Shown here piece after piece: positions 1 through 8,144 of a stretch of DNA of 64,000 bases. Position numbers and translations under genes: made by a program. How positions within the stretch are numbered: the first letter of the stretch is position 1; each line of letters begins with the position of its first letter. The notes below the pieces were generated by a model. The model saw nothing but the letters and a program-made list of their open reading frames with translations, did no database searches and was not told the DNA's origin. Origin of the DNA: Gammaproteobacteria bacterium (GTDB taxonomy: Bacteria; Pseudomonadota; Gammaproteobacteria; Arenicellales; Poriferihabitantaceae); assembly GCA_047639475.1 (NCBI GenBank), contig JBLIOD010000003.1, positions 25,875 through 89,874 of the forward strand, in the 5' to 3' direction.

Positions 1-513
1 TGCGCCTGAGTAGTTCGCTGCATATAAGATAGCAGGGTGAACACCGCGGTCAACACCAGTAGGAGAACAGGCGATGACATTTTTAACACCAGCGACCTTG
101 GCTGTTGCCACGCTCATGATGGCAGAAGCAATGTGTGCATAACGTCCGCCAGGAATGTAACAACCCGCTGTTTGCACAGGAATTAAACGTTGGCCCGCGA
201 AAAGGCCCGGTGATAATTCAGTTGAAAACTCACCCATGCTATCAAGCTGCGCTTGCGCAAATTTTGTAACGCGCTCATGCGCAAACTTAATATCGTCTTT
301 TTGCTTCTCAGTTAACTGCGCTTCAGCGGCCGCAATTTCTTCAGGCGTGACGATAATGTCTTTATCCCAGTTATCGAGTTTTTTTGCGTACTCACGCGTT
401 TTAGCTTCGCCGCCTGCTTCAATTTCGCGAAGCATCGTTTCTACGACTTCACGGGTGTCATTTTCACCCGTAGTAGGGGTCTTGCTCGCTTTCTTTAAAT
501 ATTTAATAGCCAT
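1..513 (-). CDS. Histidinol dehydrogenase-family NAD-dependent dehydrogenase (HisD-like paralog); first 171 codons only, gene runs off the left edge
   Basis: Absent from the ORF track because it is truncated. My translation from the ATG at 513-511 gives MAIKYLKKASKTPTTGENDTREVVETMLREIEAGGEAKTREYAKKLDNWDKD...QTAGCYIPGGRYAHIASAIMSVATAKVAGVKNVIACSP. This is a HisD-family pattern of the type seen in HisD paralogs next to transporters. The frame is open for all 513 nt. Confidence 0.8.
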   Translation of the reverse strand, partial: MAIKYLKKASKTPTTGENDTREVVETMLREIEAGGEAKTREYAKKLDNWDKDIIVTPEEIAAAEAQLTEKQKDDIKFAHERVTKFAQAQLDSMGEFSTELSPGLFAGQRLIPVQTAGCYIPGGRYAHIASAIMSVATAKVAGVKNVIACSPTGVDRGVHPAILYAANYSGA

Positions 514-533
514 TTTTCTTTACAAATTTAAAA

Positions 534-638
534 TTAATTAATGCCGTACATTACGCCAGATAGCCACAGTACGATTTGAGGGAACACAATGAGCAAGATA
601 AGGCCGCATAACTGTACAACCATGCATTGCATCATTCC
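534..638 (-). pseudogene. Relic 3' end of a second TRAP DctM-type permease gene (34 codons, intact frame and stop), 20 nt upstream of the HisD-like gene
   Basis: My translation is G MMQCMVVQLCGLILLIVFPQIVLWLSGVMYGIN*. The C-terminus of the 823-aa TRAP permease at 1407.. is G MMQFMLIQLVGLILLFLFPQIVLWLPRVMGG*. 23 of 32 residues are identical. Homology stops abruptly at an upstream in-frame TAA. Confidence 0.6.
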
Positions 639-667
639 TTAGTGGGTGTCTTTTTATTTCACCCTTA

Positions 668-1402
668 CTACGACAGCGCGCTGCTGTAATGGTATTTGTC
701 GGTCAAAATCAGTGTTTTTCTGAATTCAACCGGTATATCTTCCAAGTCGAAGGCCAAACGCTTTACGCACAATAAAGCGGTGTTTTCGGCCACTTCTAAA
801 ATGCTCGCTTGTTCCGTGTCTGCATTAATAGCAATAACCTTGTCTTCGGCTCGCTTAATAATGACACCAAAACTTTGCTCGTATAACTCGTAAATATTAT
901 TTAATATTTCTGCTTTCTTAAGATCAATTACCGCATTAAACCTAAGCGCACAAATGGCCATGGTTTCTATAATTGTTGGCTCGTCTTGAAGGCGTCTCAC
1001 GCGCCGAATAAAAATAACGTTTGAGCCGCGCAGTAGTTTAAGCGCGTCAAGTTCTTCGTCATTTGATGGCCTGAGCTCTACCGACAATACATTGGTCACC
1101 GGTAAGCGGCGTTTACCCGTATTGGGTAAAATATTAAAAAAATGAAATAACTTTAATTCTGAATTATGGCTAGCAACATAAGTACCCTTGCCCTGTCTTC
1201 TCAGCAGTAGTCGGTTATCTACCAAAGAGTCAATCGCCTTGCGAACCGTACCTTGGCTTACTTCATATTCTATCGATAGCGCCGTTTCACCGGGTATTTT
1301 ATCGCCTGGTTGCCATTCTCCGTGGTGGATTCGCGCCACAATGAAGGCTCTGATTTGCACATAGAGCGGGGTGTCATCAAAAATGGTCTGGCCCGAATTC
1401 AA
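668..1402 (-). CDS. GntR-family transcriptional regulator, HutC/UTRA subfamily
   Basis: 244 aa. N-terminal winged HTH (PLYVQIRAFIVARIHHGEWQPGDKIPGETALSIEYEVSQGTVRKAIDSLVDNRLLLRRQGKGTYV) plus a C-terminal UTRA-like effector domain. It starts 4 nt after the permease stop. Confidence 0.85.
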   Translation of the reverse strand: MNSGQTIFDDTPLYVQIRAFIVARIHHGEWQPGDKIPGETALSIEYEVSQGTVRKAIDSLVDNRLLLRRQGKGTYVASHNSELKLFHFFNILPNTGKRRLPVTNVLSVELRPSNDEELDALKLLRGSNVIFIRRVRRLQDEPTIIETMAICALRFNAVIDLKKAEILNNIYELYEQSFGVIIKRAEDKVIAINADTEQASILEVAENTALLCVKRLAFDLEDIPVEFRKTLILTDKYHYSSALS

Positions 1403-1406
1403 ACCA

Positions 1407-3878
1407 TTAACCCCCCATTACTCTGGGTAGCCAAAGCACTATTTGCGGGAAGAGAAACAGCAAGATGAGACCGACGAGTTGAATCAACATGAACTGCATC
1501 ATGCCGAGATAGATGTCCTTGAGATCCCAATCCGGCACAACTCCCTTCAGAAAGTAGGCTGACAAGGCGACAGGTGGGGATAACCATGCTGTCTGCAGGT
1601 TCACCGCGACGAGTATGCCAAACCAGACCATCAGGTCGTAGCGATTTAGCCCATGGATGTCCAATGCTTCCACTGTTGGCAGCAAAATTGGTACAACGAT
1701 CAGAACAATAGGCACCCACTCCAGTGGCCACCCCAGAAGGAAAATCAGTGCCATCACACAAAGCAAAATCAGATAAGGCGACATGTCGAGGCCAAGTAGC
1801 AGCTCCGTCATCATCTTTGGTGTGCCCAAATAACTGAATTCGGCGCCAAAGAAGTTCGATGCAGCAACCAGAAACATAATCAAAACCGTGATCTCTAGGG
1901 CTTTGACAAGGCTATCAAAGAAACTCGGGATGGTAAATTTGCGGTAAGCAACAGATAACAGAATGGCACCAAAGGCCCCCATCGCTGCGGCTTCAGCAGG
2001 TGTTGCAATGCCAAGGAGAATCGAGCCTAAAGCAAAAGAAATAAGGATGGTGGGCGGCATAAGCCCGGCAAAGAACTCATCCCAGAGCGCCGAAAAGCGG
2101 AACTCAGTGTCAGCGGAAGCACTATAAATTGGCCGCCCCAGATACCCCAGAAGCGCGGTGAATGAGGCAAAGGTGATCGACCAGACCGGCAGACTACCGT
2201 CATCGCCCATATTCGCAAAGATCATATAGAGGTGGAAGATAACTGCGATCGGTAGCACTATCCTGAGTACATTCAATCGACGGTATGCACCGTAGGCTAT
2301 AGCACAGGCGATGGCCAACACAAACAAGCCGCCAAATGGAATCAGGCCCCCAAAAGCACCGCCCATGCCCAGACCAAAGACTCGGCAAACGGTCAACACG
2401 CCCAGGCAAATAAGCGCAACCTCAGCACCGTAAAATGCGGACGTTTCAGGTTGATCTTCTTCTGACAAAATTGGCCCGAGGTCTGGGTTCAGCCAGCAGC
2501 GTCCAAGTGTATAGATCAGATAAAGGGTGGCCAGCATGGCGCCAGGAATAAAGGCGCCACGAAAGAGATCAAGGGTCGAAACTTCCAGAACAGGTCCCAT
2601 GACTATCAGCATAATCGAGGGCGGGATCAGAATCCCCAAGGTGCCGCCTGCGGTGATGGTTCCGGCCGCAAGCTTGACGTCATAGCCGGATCTGGTCATG
2701 GTCGCGCCCGCCATGATCCCAAGCAGGGTCACCGAGGCACCTACAATGCCAGTGGCTGCTGCAAAAATCGTGGATACAATTAGCACGGCGATGAACAGCG
2801 CGCCGCGGACACGCGACATGATCATCTGAATCGACGCAAACAGTCGGTCCATCAAGCCCGCTGCCTCCATCACAATGCCCATCAGAACAAAGAGCGGCAC
2901 CGCCATGAGCTGATCGTTTAACATGGTGGAGTTTGTGTTCAGCGTCATCAATAGCGTGGTCAGCTTGAAATTGGCGCCCCAAATGCCGAAGGCAAAGGCA
3001 AGGAAGATCAACGTAAACGCAATGGGAAAGCCGATAAATATCACGAAGAGCATGGCTCCCAGCATGATCAACCCGATGGTCGCTTTGTCCAAGCTCGGCC
3101 GGGCAGACATGAGATCAGAAAATGCTTCGCCGCCAGGTGCCATACCCGGTTTGAACACCGCCAGTAGCAGCCAAATCAATGCGATTAAATAGACGGGTAA
3201 GGCTCGAACAAATAAACGCTCTCGCTCTTTACCCATCTTGTGAAATGCGCGGAAAATCTCAGGGATGCCTTGTAACATCAAGAGGAGAGCGCCGACTGGC
3301 ATGGCTAAGCGCGCGGGCCATAAAACGGGTCCCCAGGCGCTGTCGACCTGCATGGTTTCACCTGTTGAAAAGGCGAGCCACCAGAACTCCGAGGCGATAA
3401 CGGTAAAGAAGATCATTGAAGGCATGAAGAACAAAAGGTACAGTGATGCATCTACTGTTGCTTGTGTCTTTGCCGACCAATTTCGGTAGAGGAAGTCGGC
3501 GCGGATATGAACCCCGCGCATCAGGCCATAGCCCGCGGCCCCCATGAACATCACTCCGGCTATCATACGACTGGTGTCATACACCCAGAGCGTGGGGCCA
3601 AGTCCAAGGCTTCGGGCGAGATTTTCGAATCCTGCATCTTGCAAGATCCCAAAGGAATTTCGTGAAAATACTTCGAGCACCACTACTATAATGAGCGGTA
3701 CCATAAGCAGGGCAATAATCTGGCCTGCCCGATAATTAATGATGTCAATAGCGGCGGTTATCGGGCGTTGCCAGGAAGTCATATCCTCTGGCGTTTCACC
3801 CGGTGCCTCGGCACGACGCTCCGCAATTAGTTCGTCCGTAATCTCAAGATCTGCCGGATTTACTTCTTCTTCAGCCAT
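1407..3878 (-). CDS. TRAP transporter fused small/large permease (DctQ-DctM fusion)
   Basis: 823 aa and highly hydrophobic, with many TM segments. DctM-like body and C-terminus. Sits immediately downstream of a DctP-type binding protein gene. Confidence 0.85.
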   Translation of the reverse strand: MAEEEVNPADLEITDELIAERRAEAPGETPEDMTSWQRPITAAIDIINYRAGQIIALLMVPLIIVVVLEVFSRNSFGILQDAGFENLARSLGLGPTLWVYDTSRMIAGVMFMGAAGYGLMRGVHIRADFLYRNWSAKTQATVDASLYLLFFMPSMIFFTVIASEFWWLAFSTGETMQVDSAWGPVLWPARLAMPVGALLLMLQGIPEIFRAFHKMGKERERLFVRALPVYLIALIWLLLAVFKPGMAPGGEAFSDLMSARPSLDKATIGLIMLGAMLFVIFIGFPIAFTLIFLAFAFGIWGANFKLTTLLMTLNTNSTMLNDQLMAVPLFVLMGIVMEAAGLMDRLFASIQMIMSRVRGALFIAVLIVSTIFAAATGIVGASVTLLGIMAGATMTRSGYDVKLAAGTITAGGTLGILIPPSIMLIVMGPVLEVSTLDLFRGAFIPGAMLATLYLIYTLGRCWLNPDLGPILSEEDQPETSAFYGAEVALICLGVLTVCRVFGLGMGGAFGGLIPFGGLFVLAIACAIAYGAYRRLNVLRIVLPIAVIFHLYMIFANMGDDGSLPVWSITFASFTALLGYLGRPIYSASADTEFRFSALWDEFFAGLMPPTILISFALGSILLGIATPAEAAAMGAFGAILLSVAYRKFTIPSFFDSLVKALEITVLIMFLVAASNFFGAEFSYLGTPKMMTELLLGLDMSPYLILLCVMALIFLLGWPLEWVPIVLIVVPILLPTVEALDIHGLNRYDLMVWFGILVAVNLQTAWLSPPVALSAYFLKGVVPDWDLKDIYLGMMQFMLIQLVGLILLFLFPQIVLWLPRVMGG

Positions 3879-3965
3879 ACCCTTTCTCCACTATTATGCC
3901 AGTTCCATTTTGGGCTTTTATTAATGTAAATAGGGCCACAATAAAGCCCTGATAGAACTACGAAG

Positions 3966-3985
3966 CGAGACCCTGACGGGCCTCG
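3966..3985 (-). promoter_or_regulatory. Intercistronic stem-loop between dctP and the permease gene
   Basis: cgagaccc (3966-3973) pairs with gggcctcg (3978-3985) across a 4-nt loop. The single plus-strand mismatch (3970/3981) becomes a G:U pair on the transcribed minus strand. No U-run follows, so this is not a strong terminator. Confidence 0.3.
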
Positions 3986-3999
3986 CAACGAGGGCTTTT

Positions 4000-5103
4000 T
4001 TACTTCTTCTTCAGTGTATCTGCGTGTGCACGACCTAAACTTGCGTTTGAGGTTTGAGCACCAGACCAGAATGGTACTACAGTGTCAGCAAAATCCTTCT
4101 GAGACTGCCATACTTCTGCGAAGAACTCGTTTTCATCCGAAGCGGCTTGTAGCGACTTTTTAGCGGCCGCCATGTACTCTGTGAAGTAATCCGCTGGCGT
4201 ATCTTCAAGGATAACACCCTGATTGTCTACCAGGTCTTTCAGCGCCTTACCGTTCTCATAGATCCGGTAGGACAAGGATTTTGACAGAGATGCGTTTGCC
4301 GCAACTTCCAGTGCTTTTTGCTCAAGCGGGCTCAGTGAGGCGTAGAAATCGCCATTCACATACATGTCCGCGTTCACCACTACCTGGTGCAGACCCTGGA
4401 GATAGTAATGCTTTAGCACTTTCTGAAAACCAAAGACTGAGTCAGGCTTCGGGCAACACCACTCGGCTGCGTCGATCGTGCCTTTCTCAAGCGCTGGCAG
4501 AATATCTCCGCCGCCCATAGCAACCGCTGGAACACCGATTTCAGCGTACGCAGCGCCAACCATGCCCGGAGGTGCACGGAAGCGTAATTTACGGAAATCG
4601 TCCATTGAATTTATAGGGTGTGGGAACCAACCAAGTGCCTCAGGACCGACTGGCTGCAGCATGAAGCCCTTAACGTTCACGCCCATTTCATCCCACAAGC
4701 GGTCATACAGCTCTTTGCCGCCACCGTACTGGAACCAGCTCAGGAATGCGATGTTATCAAGACCTACACCGGCACCCGCAACAGGCGCACCGAACAGGTT
4801 GGCCGCAACGTGCTTGCCAGCCCAATAGTGTGTCCAGGCAAAGCCACCTTCAACGAGTCCCGCGTCAACGGCATCTATAATGTCTCGTGGTCCAACAACA
4901 GCACCTGCCGGCAGCACTTCGATAGTGAGCGAACCACCTGTCAGTGCCGCGACGTCTTTACCGAACTCCCTCAACATAACGACTTCGTCAGCTGAGGTTG
5001 CTAGCACCGACTGGATACGTAAGACCTTGTCAGCCGCCATGGCAGAAGATGCCATGAGTGCCAAGGCTACTGTGCTGGCAGCCATAAATTTTAGTTTGAT
5101 CAT
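4000..5103 (-). CDS. TRAP transporter periplasmic substrate-binding protein (DctP family)
   Basis: 367 aa. Signal peptide MIKLKFMAASTVALALMASSAMA, then a DctP-type body. It is the first gene of the dctP-dctQM-gntR run. Confidence 0.85.
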   Translation of the reverse strand: MIKLKFMAASTVALALMASSAMAADKVLRIQSVLATSADEVVMLREFGKDVAALTGGSLTIEVLPAGAVVGPRDIIDAVDAGLVEGGFAWTHYWAGKHVAANLFGAPVAGAGVGLDNIAFLSWFQYGGGKELYDRLWDEMGVNVKGFMLQPVGPEALGWFPHPINSMDDFRKLRFRAPPGMVGAAYAEIGVPAVAMGGGDILPALEKGTIDAAEWCCPKPDSVFGFQKVLKHYYLQGLHQVVVNADMYVNGDFYASLSPLEQKALEVAANASLSKSLSYRIYENGKALKDLVDNQGVILEDTPADYFTEYMAAAKKSLQAASDENEFFAEVWQSQKDFADTVVPFWSGAQTSNASLGRAHADTLKKK

Positions 5104-5276
5104 TTCTACTCCTCTTCGTTAAGAAAGCCTTCGTTATTTATGCGTCACGAGGTTGAAGGCAGCGCCCCGGAGCTTATTGAGTCGGCTATCCGACCTTGGT
5201 TTAAAGCCTAAATTTCGACAAAAATTAGTTTAGTCAGACTTCTATTATCTACCTTAAAACAATCTTGTGAGTATTA

Positions 5277-5296
5277 CAACTCTTATATAAGAGTTG
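5277..5296. promoter_or_regulatory. Perfect 20-bp palindrome CAACTCTTATATAAGAGTTG; candidate operator
   Basis: Exact self-complementarity read directly from the sequence. It lies 174 nt upstream of the dctP start, in the 422-nt divergent intergenic region. Confidence 0.35.
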
Positions 5297-5389
5297 CGTT
5301 CGTCGTAGCAGATGCGCTAAATAGGCACGCTTGATGATGCACCAGTCACAAGGGAGTTGGTGTTTACTAAGATTAGGATTTAGAGAAAG

Positions 5390-5452
5390 TGGTGGTTATG
5401 GGTGGGTTCGAACCACCGGCCCTATCATGTAAGAGTAATGTGCTCTAACGAC
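5390..5452 (-). pseudogene. tRNA 3' fragment (D-arm 3' side to CCA); non-functional remnant
   Basis: Minus-strand read: GTTAGAGCAC-ATTACTCTTACATGATAGGGCC-GGTGG-TTCGAAC-CCACC-CATAACC-A-CCA. It has a canonical T-arm, a 7-nt acceptor 3' strand, a discriminator A and an encoded CCA. No complementary 5' acceptor strand (GGTTATG) or D-stem 5' strand lies upstream. The anticodon stem is imperfect and its loop has 8 nt. Confidence 0.55.
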
Positions 5453-5525
5453 GCTTGCTTCTCAGTGCTGATTCGACCCATATTCTGCGGGTAACATCAG
5501 TATAAATTGCGTTAAACTACGCGTC

Positions 5526-7934
5526 ATGTCAAAACCCAAATCAACAAATTCATCGCAGACCGAGTCACCTTATTTGGGGGCTGGCAACGATCTAGTGCGC
5601 TTAGTTACAGGTGTTTGGGTGAGTGCGGATGATGCCCAGCGCGAATTTATTGGCTATACCGATGGCGATGCATCAGAAAATGCAGTCTATGAAGCGATCA
5701 GTAATGCCAAAGACCGTTCAGTAGATTCCTATGAGCTCGACACGCTGTGGGATCAGTGGGCGTTGGAGTACCATTTGACCGCCAGGCGAGCCAACATATA
5801 CCGCGGCCTGAATTTTACAGGCGTAAAGCGCGTACTGGAAGTGGGCTGTGGGTGTGGGGCGATTACACGTTTCTTAGGCGAGCAAGGCTTTCAAGTGGAT
5901 GCTATTGAAGGCACATTGCGCCGTGCGCAAATTGCGCGATTGCGTACGCAAGATTTGCCTAATGTGCAGCTGGTGTCGTCAAACTATCATCAACTGAATT
6001 TGCCAGAGAATGCCTATGATTTAATCGTGTTTACCGGCGTTTTGGAATATTCAGGGGCCTATTCGCAAGAAGGGTTGTCTCCTGAGAATCAGCTGGCTGA
6101 AACACTGGATGCAGCGCAGAAGGCTTTGGCGCCGAGCGGCGCCATTGTGGTGGCGATAGAGAATCGTACCGGGTTTAAATACGTGGCGGGTGCCAGCGAA
6201 GACCACCTTAATGTGCCGCATATTGGTTTGTTGGATTATCCAGAGCCTGCAGCGGGTGACATTACCCGCGGAATCCGTACTTGGAGCAAAAGCCAGTGGA
6301 GCGCGATGCTCGACAAGCAAGCAGGCATTAATGCCTACGCTTTTTGTTACCCCTTTCCTGATTACAAAATACCCGAAGTTATTTTATCTGATCACTTCAT
6401 TGATAGCGCGCAGTGTCCAGCTGAGCTGCTTAACGGCGTGCGCTCACGCGACTACTTTAAACCTTGGCAAAGTGGGGTTGATGAATCGATTTTTTGGAAA
6501 ACGGCAGCGCAAACCCATTCCTTGGCGGAATTTTCCAATTCATTGCTCATTGTGATGGCCAAGCAGGGCGGTCGGCCATCAGAAATTATCGACTTTGATT
6601 TCGTTCGATTTCCAGGTTCCAGTCGAAAGCGCGAACACCGCTATCAAATAAGCAAACTAGCGACCAGTGATGCGGTGATGCGCATCCCTCAAGTGGCTTC
6701 TGCAAGTGGCAAGCCGGGCCCCGTGGAAAGCGCCAATCTGCAGCAAGAACCTTTTGCCGAGGGGGCAGTGCTATTGCAGAGTTGGTTAGATCGGTTGACT
6801 GTTTCGCCTAACTATACCGAATTGGCTATGTTGCTCAGAGCCTATCACGATTGGTTGAAGGGTCAGTTTGTCAGTGATGCCTCGCCGCGATTACTAATAG
6901 ATGCTCTGCCGCAAAATATCATTGTAGATGCTGATAATAATTGGCGATTGATTGACAAAGAATGGTTGGCCACTGACGAGATAACGTCTGGTTTGGTCTT
7001 TTTTCGGGCGGCTTACCATTTTGGTTTAATCGCTCGAAGCCGAATAGTGGCCCTAAACCTGCTCAGTTCGCAGAGCGAATTAGATAACCACACCCCGTCA
7101 GCGTTAGTTGAAAATCTAGACCACTTTATTCGCTGGTGTTTTCAGGCGGTCGATGAAGAATTGACGGATGAGCAGTTAAATGCTTTCGTGCAATGGGAGT
7201 CGGCGATGCAAGACTACGTGGTGCGCGAACCCTATCGTCGGCTTGAAACTGAAGTGTTGAGCGAGCCCTTGGCTGAGAACACAGACCAAGTGAAGTTGGT
7301 TGATTTACATCCATTAGAAGTGCGTGTATTTTGGACTCAAGTTGATGGGGTGTGGCACATCGACCATTCGGCTGGCGCAAAATATCACGGCAAGGGCGGG
7401 CTAAGCGCCGAGGTTAAATTGCCGGCCATGATAGCTACACATCCGTTTATTCAAATAAGCCCCGCGCGTTGCCGAATTAATAATTGTAATGGATGGTTGG
7501 ATTTTAAAAGCTTAAGTATCGAAGAAATAGGCAGTGACGGGAAGCGAAAAATAGTGTTCGAAATCAACCAAACCGCAGACTTACTGAAAGCGGCGAAGTT
7601 GGAAAACATCAGCGTTTCTGATGCTGGATTACTCCTATTTACTGGTTTAGAGCCTAAGATTACACTGAATGCTAAAACGGCGAGCTGGTCGACTAACTGT
7701 GACGGGGCCGTATTGAACTTTCAGGTGAATGCCCCTCTGGTGCAAGATTACAGTGAGGTGCATCAAGCTTTGGTAAATGAAGATGATGGCTTGGCAGAAC
7801 GTATTCGTAATCGGCAGACATTGCTGAATATCCAAAACCAACGAATTGCACAAGCAAGTGAAATCTTGGCGCAGTTGGAGAGAAAATTAGGGGATAAAAA
7901 ATCGGAGTTGGTCAGTAGTTTTGGGAAAAGCTAA
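5526..7934 (+). CDS. Large orphan protein: N-terminal class I SAM-dependent methyltransferase, central kinase-like region, C-terminal beta-rich domain and coiled coil (WbdD-like architecture)
   Basis: 802 aa. SAM motif I is VLEVGCGCGAITRFLGEQG with a post-I acidic residue (DAIEG). Central LIDALPQNIIVDADNNWRLIDKEW resembles the D-x4-N ... ID-x-E-W catalytic/Mg-binding motifs of APH/choline-kinase-like folds. The C-terminal heptad-like segment is LAERIRNRQTLLNIQNQRIAQASEILAQLERKLGDKKSEL. Confidence 0.6.
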   Translation: MSKPKSTNSSQTESPYLGAGNDLVRLVTGVWVSADDAQREFIGYTDGDASENAVYEAISNAKDRSVDSYELDTLWDQWALEYHLTARRANIYRGLNFTGVKRVLEVGCGCGAITRFLGEQGFQVDAIEGTLRRAQIARLRTQDLPNVQLVSSNYHQLNLPENAYDLIVFTGVLEYSGAYSQEGLSPENQLAETLDAAQKALAPSGAIVVAIENRTGFKYVAGASEDHLNVPHIGLLDYPEPAAGDITRGIRTWSKSQWSAMLDKQAGINAYAFCYPFPDYKIPEVILSDHFIDSAQCPAELLNGVRSRDYFKPWQSGVDESIFWKTAAQTHSLAEFSNSLLIVMAKQGGRPSEIIDFDFVRFPGSSRKREHRYQISKLATSDAVMRIPQVASASGKPGPVESANLQQEPFAEGAVLLQSWLDRLTVSPNYTELAMLLRAYHDWLKGQFVSDASPRLLIDALPQNIIVDADNNWRLIDKEWLATDEITSGLVFFRAAYHFGLIARSRIVALNLLSSQSELDNHTPSALVENLDHFIRWCFQAVDEELTDEQLNAFVQWESAMQDYVVREPYRRLETEVLSEPLAENTDQVKLVDLHPLEVRVFWTQVDGVWHIDHSAGAKYHGKGGLSAEVKLPAMIATHPFIQISPARCRINNCNGWLDFKSLSIEEIGSDGKRKIVFEINQTADLLKAAKLENISVSDAGLLLFTGLEPKITLNAKTASWSTNCDGAVLNFQVNAPLVQDYSEVHQALVNEDDGLAERIRNRQTLLNIQNQRIAQASEILAQLERKLGDKKSELVSSFGKS

Positions 7935-8144
7935 AAAAGAAGCGGGTTTAACTGGTTTCAGCCTGACAGGGCAATTATAATCATGTCGATCAACAGTGAA
8001 GTAAATTCACTGCGAGGTGAAGTTTGGCTCCCTCTGCTTGGTGTTTTATTAAGCAGCTAAATAGTTAGTATGGGGGTTAATGCGGTTTCGCAAAAATATA
8101 ATTTAATTGGGCATGAGCCCGGGCAATAAGATAATTTTCAAAAG

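Noticed and set aside
236-541. 101-aa plus-strand ORF at the left edge
   Set aside because: It is low-complexity (Ser/Ala/Cys-rich) and lies exactly antisense to a well-supported HisD-family reading frame. It is a shadow ORF.
1399-5122. Many 60-125-aa ORFs on both strands inside the TRAP permease and dctP genes
   Set aside because: All overlap strongly supported transporter CDSs. The translations are Arg/Pro/Ser-rich, as is typical of out-of-frame reads of relatively GC-rich membrane genes.
5468-5480. The plus-strand string ctgattcgaccca resembles the GGATTCGAC segment of a tmRNA 5' end
   Set aside because: It is only a short match and on the wrong strand relative to the T-arm/CCA fragment. 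No tag reading frame or pseudoknot context is visible.
7994-8021. Alternative hairpins cagtgaa/ttcactg/gtgaa downstream of the 802-aa gene
   Set aside because: The stems are short (5-7 bp) with no U-run. This is insufficient to call a terminator or attenuator.
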